DNA of 53,590 nucleotides, the filler included, from Stramenopiles sp. TOSAG23-2 (lineage: Eukaryota), in the NCBI GenBank assembly GCA_900128395.1. It is 3 parts of 3 records of this genome, joined end to end, with 100 filler letters (N's around TTAATTAATTAA, not from the genome) between each part and the next. Parts side by side here need not be neighbours in the genome. Positions count along the whole stretch, not along the records: positions 35,801 to 53,590 come from LT649626.1; 2 more parts are not named here. One strand, written 5' to 3'. Under the pieces are notes generated by a model. It had not been told where the DNA came from. It searched no databases and was given only the letters and a program-made list of their open reading frames with translations. Both the position numbers and the translations under genes were made by a program. Every line of letters begins with the position of its first letter. The first letter of the stretch is position 1. Positions 45,759-53,590 of the stretch are shown here, one piece after another.

Positions 45759-47213
45759 TTATATCGGTTGTTTAAAATCTTGTTGTGTCATATTATCAAT
45801 ATTCTCAACAAGGCTAGATTTTTGTTCTTTCTTTGTTCTCTCTATAAATACAGATTCGTATGCATCTGATTTGTCACCATGGCATGATAAAGACAATCTT
45901 GGCCTTTCATTGGCATCAGGATCTAAAAAGCTAACAAATGATGCTTGATCTTCATCATTTGGAGGTGGGAAAAACATCATTCCAAAATTCTCTTTTGGAT
46001 TTGTGACCCATTCTCGTAACCATTGCGTAATGTCTAGATCTGCCCATTGTGATTTTGCAGCTGGGGTGACTACTTTACAATTCGTAATTGGGCCATCAAA
46101 TGCTGGTACAGTTGAAAATGTTACCTCTTTGACGTTCCATTTACGTATTATCTTACATACATGAAGATGTTGAAGTTTTGCAGTTGCATTGACAGCGTCC
46201 GTCCATGTATCCAACACTTTCAATCGCAAAATAGCTCGTTTAATCAAACCACCTTCCATGGTCTTCTCCATAATTTTTTTCATCAAAACTTTCATCAATA
46301 TCCGTTGTTCAGAAATAGTCGTATTTCCTGTAGTCTCATTGGTAAATGTTTGTTGAATAGTAGAAAATGATGCGCCTGGAGTTTGATAGTCGTCTTCTTC
46401 TTTCCCGCTTTTTACTTCTACACCTAATGTATTCGCAGCATTTAGCGATATTACAAAAGGGGATTGACGGTGTTTTCCATGCGCCTTACAGCTCCAACGC
46501 GATGCATCTAAATGTTTCTTGCTATGACTTAACCAAGCATCTCTAACACTAACACGGCAATATGCTCTTTTGCTCGACATTTTGTACGATTCATGGGTAA
46601 ATATCCATTTTGCATCTTTTGCAATACTAGAACGTGGTCCCCATGGTAACACCCCGTTGTCACCTTCCTCAACAGCATATGGCCATTTGCTATCATCAAA
46701 ACTTGAATTTTTCCATTGGTCTATTTCATATGGGGTTGACAAATTGCTTTTACATTTCCATGTACCACTTGAGACTAATGATGGCCCGAACGAACCGATC
46801 AGGCCCATTCGTGCATTTTCACCGCCTTTAATTTCTACTGCAAACGTTTTCGTAGTAGGTGGAACTCTAAATCTGTATGTATCTTTAGCAGTTTCCCACC
46901 AATCTCCTCTTCCTACAAATTCTCCATCCGCAAACAATTTAAAGTGGCTATCTGCAGCAACTGCAACTCTTGCACGATGAAAGATATACGGTATTTCCTT
47001 TGCATCGCAATTGACTTTTTTCACCATATCTGCTAAAAAAGTATCTGCCTCACTTGATTCCCCATCATCACCTTCTTTAGTTTTTGATGAATCTTTTTCT
47101 TCCTTTGGCTCTATCGATTTAACATTTGTTGCTGCTGTTGCATATGCATTCAATACAAACGATGATGCAATGATGATACATACGATCAAAGTGAATAAAC
47201 TGAATTTATTCAT
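45759..47213 (-). CDS. Secreted protein with lectin/galactose-binding-like domain and DNRLRE-like (CBM96-type) domain
   Basis: Signal peptide, then 'ADSHFKLFADGEFVG...WKC...FDDSKWPYA...AKWI'. The C-terminal part has 'IKRAILRL...WNVKEVTF...DITQWLREWV...NFGMM...RPRL'. Confidence 0.7.
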   Translation of the reverse strand: MNKFSLFTLIVCIIIASSFVLNAYATAATNVKSIEPKEEKDSSKTKEGDDGESSEADTFLADMVKKVNCDAKEIPYIFHRARVAVAADSHFKLFADGEFVGRGDWWETAKDTYRFRVPPTTKTFAVEIKGGENARMGLIGSFGPSLVSSGTWKCKSNLSTPYEIDQWKNSSFDDSKWPYAVEEGDNGVLPWGPRSSIAKDAKWIFTHESYKMSSKRAYCRVSVRDAWLSHSKKHLDASRWSCKAHGKHRQSPFVISLNAANTLGVEVKSGKEEDDYQTPGASFSTIQQTFTNETTGNTTISEQRILMKVLMKKIMEKTMEGGLIKRAILRLKVLDTWTDAVNATAKLQHLHVCKIIRKWNVKEVTFSTVPAFDGPITNCKVVTPAAKSQWADLDITQWLREWVTNPKENFGMMFFPPPNDEDQASFVSFLDPDANERPRLSLSCHGDKSDAYESVFIERTKKEQKSSLVENIDNMTQQDFKQPI

Positions 47214-47444
47214 TTTATATATCTATATCAATATCTATATCAATATCTATATATATACCAGACACTGCTGTTGTCTCTTTCTGTGTAATTCATAAATCTA
47301 TCGTAATGTTTCATCTCACAGATTTTATGTGAATAAATGACATATTTCCACTCCGGGCCCTCTTTTTTTAATGCATTTGAGAGGCATTTGGAGAGGTTGA
47401 TCACTTCATTTCTTTCTTTTTACTGATATTTACTTGTTAAAACC

Positions 47445-47711
47445 CGGGTATGGGAATAGCAGGTAATTTAATGCTGTGTGTATGCTATTGGGACGTACTT
47501 AACATTAGTAACACTATCAATTTCTACTCCTATCAAAATTGGTTCCCTATTAATTTATTCTACTTGTTATAGCATATACACAGCATTAAATTATAACACC
47601 TACTATTCCCATGTAAACAAATTCATTCGTATACTCCACTACTCCAAATCGTATAGCATATACACAGCATTAAATTATAACACCTGCTATTCCCATACTA
47701 AATCACCCCGG
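47445..47711. mobile_element. MITE-like element with ~45-bp terminal inverted repeats and a duplicated right arm
   Basis: Left arm GTATGGGAATAGCAGGTAATTTAATGCTGTGTGTATGCTAT. Right arm ATAGCATATACACAGCATTAAATTATAACACCT(A/G)CTATTCCCAT occurs twice (~47568 and ~47653). Confidence 0.6.
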
Positions 47712-48264
47712 TGAAAATTTCGAGTATTTATCCGTGTCTCATTTACTTTACTACTATGTGTGTTGTGTGTTATGAACTAAAATGAAATGTAAATCTAGTA
47801 AAATCCGATGATGTGATGGAAAATCGTGCGATCGGCCCCTTTGCTGTGTGAGCGGTGATTGCAATCTTGATCTGTGATTTTCTGTGATTTTTTGATGAAA
47901 TTCATGTGTGTGTTTATTAAATTTATACCTGCTGGCCTGTCCTATAATAGCTCTACTGTACTCTGTAGCATTGTGACAAAACGCTTCTTGTGCTTATGCT
48001 GTGTACTAATAACAATGTTGAAAAGTTGAGGACATTGGATGGACACATCCGTTATAAATTATTATAGAAAATATATTTATCATTTTATAGACATAAATGT
48101 ACATACACAACGAAACATACTACTGTACCATCTATATATATATATATATATATATAAAAGTAAAAATCAACAAGAGTAGTAGTAGTTTACCATATCATAT
48201 ATACATATACATATATATATATTAATTGATAAAGATATAGTATAATATCTAAAAGAATAAAATC

Positions 48265-49392
48265 ATGGATGAAGTATATAATGTATGGAGATATGAAAGT
48301 AATGAAGAATTATATACAAATGACAATGAAACGACAATAACTGCTGCTGCACCACAAGTAAGTGGGAAAAAATTTCGACAAGATTATCTTGATATTGTTC
48401 GTAGTATACCTGGTTTAGGCATACATCCAAGTATCATACCACGTATTAAGAAAATATCTGAAATCAAAACAGAAGATGAATCAAATCCAATGGCATTATT
48501 TGATATAGATGGTTTCGCTGCAGATCAAACAATATTAAAATGTAATGGTACTATGATGGATTCTACAACATTATTAACATTATTAGTCGTGTTGCGTAAA
48601 TATGGTAACATCAATACTTTGAATTTATCAGATTCAGGATTAACTAGCAAATCAATTGAAATATTAGCAAAATATTTACCAGAAACATCCATTACAAGTT
48701 TAATATTGGATTACAATATTAATATACAAGATAGTTGTATGGAAGTAATTGCATCGAAAAATAATAGTAAACTTCAATCTATTTCACTTCGAGGTTGTAA
48801 GATAAATGATGAATGTATTTCAAAATTAGTAGAAGTATTATGGATAAATGGTTTATTAATTGAATTAAATTTATTTGATAACAAAATTACGGATTTAGGT
48901 GGACTATTATTAGCAAAAATGTTACGATACAATCATAGTATATCAAAATTATTTTTAGGCAATAATCAAATGTCTTCATCTACCGTTTTAAAATTTGCAC
49001 AAGCGGTCTCGGTTGAGTATGGGCCAATTAGTTCAAAAGAAAAAGAAGAAAGGGCCAAAGTAGCTCAAATTCAAGCCGATAATCCAGTTGCTGGAGGTGG
49101 TGGTGGTGGTAAAAAAAAAGGTAAAAAAGGTGGAGATAGTGCAGGTCCATTACGTGTTGATGAAATGGATGAAGAAACAAATATATGTAAAGGAAATGAT
49201 AAGTTAAAGTTTTTGGATTTATCATTTAATGGTCCAGTCAATGATGCAAGTAATATAAAGGATTATTTTTCAAATGAATTTACAAAATTTTGTGAATCAT
49301 TTTGTTTATTGGATCTATCAAATTGTAATGGAATTGATGATGATCTATTGAAAATTATCTCTAATAAAATCAATGGTGTAGTAGAAGAATAA
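48265..49392 (+). CDS. RI-like leucine-rich repeat protein (LRRC71-like)
   Basis: Repeats 'LNLSDSGL', 'ISLRGCKI', 'LNLFDNKITDLGG', 'LFLGNNQM' and 'LDLSFN', with a KKKGKK insert. Confidence 0.8.
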   Translation: MDEVYNVWRYESNEELYTNDNETTITAAAPQVSGKKFRQDYLDIVRSIPGLGIHPSIIPRIKKISEIKTEDESNPMALFDIDGFAADQTILKCNGTMMDSTTLLTLLVVLRKYGNINTLNLSDSGLTSKSIEILAKYLPETSITSLILDYNINIQDSCMEVIASKNNSKLQSISLRGCKINDECISKLVEVLWINGLLIELNLFDNKITDLGGLLLAKMLRYNHSISKLFLGNNQMSSSTVLKFAQAVSVEYGPISSKEKEERAKVAQIQADNPVAGGGGGGKKKGKKGGDSAGPLRVDEMDEETNICKGNDKLKFLDLSFNGPVNDASNIKDYFSNEFTKFCESFCLLDLSNCNGIDDDLLKIISNKINGVVEE

Positions 49393-49741
49393 ATTTTTAT
49401 AAAAGAGGAACCGGACGCAAGAGAAAAAAATGGGGAAAAAAAGGAAAACACTTGCTTGGAGAAAAAGACATTTTGACAAAAAATGCAATGTGTGTGTTTA
49501 ATATCTTTGGAGATTTTTATAAAATATAAGAGAAAAGACAGGGTGTTAAACGATTTCGTAAAAAATTTACACGCGAGATCGTACAAAAGTATTTTTTTGT
49601 GTTAAAAAATAAAATAATAAAAAAATATTAATTTTAAAAAATATTAAAAAAAGGAATCATGAACATGACTGCATTTTTTAAAATGAAAAGTTCGTAAATT
49701 TTTGATTTGACACACACTGTAAAAACTCTCTAAAATCTTTT

Positions 49742-50974
49742 TTACACGTTAACACCTTCTAAGACTAATGGGACTTTCTTGTAATCTAAAAAGAAATCCA
49801 TATTTTTCATCTTTTTATGCGTGTTTATCCACATGTATTGTAATATTTCTGTATTATTGAAGGATGCTGAATTGCGCAAGGCTAAATACATTTCCAGCTC
49901 AGCTGCATACGTTTCAGCCATTACAGCATTCTCAGCTTCTGCTAACTTTCGTATTTTAATAGCATCTGCTTCTGCTTTTAATTTCAAAACTGTTGCTTTT
50001 CTTTTTGCCTCTAAAATGTTTGTTTCGCACTCAATATTAACAACCGTTTGGTTGTTTTGTAATTTCGTAATGTCAATTATTCGTTGCTGTTTTGCCAAAG
50101 CTAATCGTCTATTAAATTTAATAGCATCTAAATCTCTTTCCCTTTTCGCAATTTGGTACTTAATATTTGCAGCTGTTTTCGCTGCTGTTAAATCACCTAC
50201 CTGGTTAAACGATGCAGTTGATACAGCTTTATCTGCATTAATTATAATTTCTTTTCTTGCAGCATTTAAATCAATTACTGCTTTAGCTTTCATGTTTTTT
50301 TGATTTGCCAATTGCAGCACTCTATCTTCCTCTTTTAGTTGTTGCTCTAATTTGATATTTTCGATTTCTTGTATCCATCCTTGAAATACCGATGCAACTT
50401 GTACATGAAACAAGTGCAAAGACCTAACATTCATAGCTAAAGGTGTTAGCGTTCTATTTAACTCCTGTAACATTTCATCTCTAATTATCACTCTCTTGGG
50501 AGATAGAAAATCTAATGCTTCAAACTTTGAACTCGTTCGGTGCAATGCACTCAACGCTGCAATGTTGATCTCCTGCTCAAACTCTCGTCCCAACAGCTGA
50601 TATAAATCGACGAGTTTATCTGGATTTATTTGATATTCAAAATCTAAATCCATTGTAACTTTTAAACCTTCTCTTGACCGGACACCTAATGTCGGTCCAT
50701 CAATACTAGGATCGTTTCCATGTGATAAGCGCATACGTTTATGTTGCTTAGGAAAACACATGAACTGGTATGCTTGTGCCATAAAATACGTACCCGGTTC
50801 TCCGTTCTTCCATATTTCATTATCAACCTCTTGCGTTATTGTATTATACCTTATACAATATTCTAACTCAGATACATATTTAAACGAAGCTGCAAACAAT
50901 GATATAAATATAATAAACCATATCACACTACAACAAACACAGCATCCTTTTAGCTTATCTTTTAATTCTCCCAT
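49742..50974 (-). CDS. SPFH/Band-7 domain protein with N-terminal TM and coiled coil
   Basis: Cys-rich TM anchor, 'VRSREGLKVTMDLDFEYQ' and an 'AEADA' coiled-coil tail. Confidence 0.8.
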   Translation of the reverse strand: MGELKDKLKGCCVCCSVIWFIIFISLFAASFKYVSELEYCIRYNTITQEVDNEIWKNGEPGTYFMAQAYQFMCFPKQHKRMRLSHGNDPSIDGPTLGVRSREGLKVTMDLDFEYQINPDKLVDLYQLLGREFEQEINIAALSALHRTSSKFEALDFLSPKRVIIRDEMLQELNRTLTPLAMNVRSLHLFHVQVASVFQGWIQEIENIKLEQQLKEEDRVLQLANQKNMKAKAVIDLNAARKEIIINADKAVSTASFNQVGDLTAAKTAANIKYQIAKRERDLDAIKFNRRLALAKQQRIIDITKLQNNQTVVNIECETNILEAKRKATVLKLKAEADAIKIRKLAEAENAVMAETYAAELEMYLALRNSASFNNTEILQYMWINTHKKMKNMDFFLDYKKVPLVLEGVNV

Positions 50975-52139
50975 TTTTAATATAGTATACACAAAGGTGA
51001 CTGCAGACAAATTTTCAAACTATCCGTAAGGATGACTGAAGCATTTATATGCTTATAGAAATAAATTGTATTCGTGCTGTTACAACTATTATATATTATC
51101 AGAGAGGATATTATATACAGTATTATGTTTTAACAGCAACAAAAAAAGATGAATGGTATATTATTCCCATAATAATAATATAAAAGGTTTGATATTTGTA
51201 TAGTATTCAATGCTATATTATATAGCTCTCCTCTTTTGCTATTATTATAATTATTCTTTTTTTTTTAAATTTTGTATTTTAATTTGGTATTATGGATCCA
51301 TTCTGGCATTCTTGGCATTTAATACACTAAAAATATCTCAATGCAACCTGGCAACCAAGTCGTCTACTAAGTTAGCTGGTTAGCATAAAAGTAGAAATTG
51401 GATAGTTTCTGGGAATAAAGTCTGGAAAGGAAAACAATGATGTAGCGTTTTGCAACTACCACCTGTTCAATTTCGTAAAATAACCTTAAGATTAAATTTA
51501 GCACAACATTAGCATTTAAATCTTGTAGCTGCGCGTTTCTTTTTTTTATAGAAATTTTGGGACATTTTCACACATAAAGTAGCCTCATCATACGTGCATA
51601 CTAATACTGGCATACCAGCATTAGCATACGTCGTTTGCGTTTCGAGTCGGAGGCGGAAGAGAGATGGAAGAAGTCCACTAGATACCACCAAAACTTTTCC
51701 CTCTGTGCAACGCTATTATATTTTCTTTTGATGATGTTTTCATAGCGGTTCATACCAGCATACCAGCATACTCTATATACATGTATTGTAAATATTATAT
51801 TTAGCCGAAATAATAAAAAATAGTTCTGTTAAACTTCATCACCTTGGTGGATAATTCATTAGCAGGTGAATATAACTAGAAAAAAACGCAGGCGGAGTAT
51901 CTATGGATAAATTGTTGTTGTTGCACGATTTTATTTTACAATTACACTGCATAGTATTACTGCATAAGTACCAGGTACAGTATAGAACATAAACACATAA
52001 ATAAATATATACATATATATATATATATATATACAATACCATATATTAATGATATATCAACAAAATATATATATATTGTTCTAAAGGTGATTTACTTCAA
52101 TAATATATCAATTAGAGAAAAACATACATCAAAACAACT

Positions 52140-52982
52140 ATGCCATCGTCAATAGCTGGACCAGTTGTTGCATCAACTAATAAAGTTGCAATTAAGTCAA
52201 AAAAATCTTCCAAAGCTAAAAGAAGAAATGCAAAGAAACAGGAAGCATCAACTATGAAAAGTAAAAGGTCGACTGTAAAAAAAAATAAACCAGCAGCATT
52301 GATGACATTATCATCGAGTTTATCTAAGCCAGAAGGACCAACTAAATCATGGATGGATTTCAGTGGTGGACAAGGTGGACCAAAGAATACGAATTGTAGA
52401 AGAGCACGTAAACCAACACCTACGCAGTTTAAAAAGTTTTATGAACGTGGAGATTTGCCTGTAACAGTTTCACATGGTGCTAAACGTAAAGTACAATGGA
52501 AAATCGATGTAGCACAGCTTGATTATCATCATTACTTGCCGTTGTTTTTAGACGGGTTAAGAGAATTAGAAGAACCACATAAATTTCTTGCTTTTGAAGG
52601 TACGATGAATTTACTGGCTCGTGGAGGCAATAAAATCTTACCTTGTGTACCACAATGTATAATGCCTTTAAAGACTGCTTTAGCAACAAGAGATCCAAGA
52701 ATTTTATGTTTAGTCATGCAAGTTATTCAAACTCTTGTACAATCTGCTGATTTAGTCGGGGAAGCATTGGTGCCATATTACAGGCAGCTGTTACCTGTAT
52801 TTAATTTGTTCGTAGCCAATCGCATTAATATTGGCGATCAAATTGATTATGCTCAAAGGAAAAAAGAAAACCTTGGTGATTTAATCATGGAAACTTTGGA
52901 ATTATTAGAAAAATATGGTGGTGAAGATGCATTTATTAATATTAAATATATGATTCCAACATATGAATCAAGTATGATGTAA
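52140..52982 (+). CDS. PACRG: Parkin co-regulated gene protein (axonemal inner junction)
   Basis: 'FKKFYERGDLP', 'LDYHHYLPLFLDGLRE', 'VGEALVPYYRQLLP' and 'GGEDAFINIKYMIPTYES'. Confidence 0.97.
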   Translation: MPSSIAGPVVASTNKVAIKSKKSSKAKRRNAKKQEASTMKSKRSTVKKNKPAALMTLSSSLSKPEGPTKSWMDFSGGQGGPKNTNCRRARKPTPTQFKKFYERGDLPVTVSHGAKRKVQWKIDVAQLDYHHYLPLFLDGLRELEEPHKFLAFEGTMNLLARGGNKILPCVPQCIMPLKTALATRDPRILCLVMQVIQTLVQSADLVGEALVPYYRQLLPVFNLFVANRINIGDQIDYAQRKKENLGDLIMETLELLEKYGGEDAFINIKYMIPTYESSMM

Positions 52983-53590
52983 ATTATAAGCGTTAATACA
53001 TGTAAAGAGATGATATGTTATGCAGATGTTCAATTTATATGAGTATGTGTATATATAATAGGTATATAAACATTAATTGAATGAAGGCGAGAAGGGCGGG
53101 GGGGGGCAACATATTCAACGAAAAAAGTTAAAAAATTAAAAGACAAAAAACGAAAAAAAAAAATATTTTTATTTTTTAAAATAATATTTTTCCTATTTTA
53201 TAAAAAAATAGATGTGTTTTATTTAATTAGAATGAAATAAGTCTCATGCAGATGGATGTAAGAAAAAATGAAACAGTAATTATAGTGAGATACTTGCTTT
53301 GCATGATCTAGAGATACAATAAAGGGAAGGGGCAGAAGTTATTTAAAATAAAAATTATTTTTACGAAAATTTAATAATAGTTTTATATAAATAAATAAAA
53401 CTTAAATATATATATATCATATTATTATATATCTATATAGCACTATATACCACAGTATACTACACCAAAATATAAAAATTTTAACAAGGCACCAAACCAG
53501 CAAACACAGTCTTTTTCTTATAATCCTCAAGGACCTGTTGTGCTAGCTTAAAATAGCAAAGTTAATTTAGCATTATTATCAAATTTCGGT

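Overview
AT-rich eukaryotic nuclear DNA with compact, mostly intron-poor genes and poly-Asn/Ser/Asp tracts. PACRG and IQUB point to a flagellated protist; a heterotrophic stramenopile-type single-cell or metagenome assembly is my inference. The window is three ~17.8-kb contigs joined by artificial N44-TTAATTAATTAA-N44 linkers (17804-17903, 35701-35800), so adjacency across the linkers means nothing. About 27 protein-coding genes are supported. They include CWC15, IQUB, PACRG, a DEK/HMG protein, an SLC38-type transporter, KCR/HSD17B12, a signal-peptide TPR-GT41 (SPINDLY/OGT-like) protein, an SPFH protein and several ankyrin/LRR proteins. Top finding: a probable hidden selenoprotein at 9027-9791. 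It has one in-frame TGA at 9162 in a Cys-less 'QYGYYIG-U-P' motif, an Rdx/SelW-like fold and a candidate type II SECIS at ~9863-9913. Other highlights: an EF-hand-fused Hv-type proton channel missing the first S4 arginine; a WW-IQ-WW-PLAC8 fusion; a gene bracketed by ~280-300-bp direct repeats; and a dispersed TATTCACCTGCTA palindromic/MITE-like family in divergent promoters, one copy next to TTAGGG repeats.
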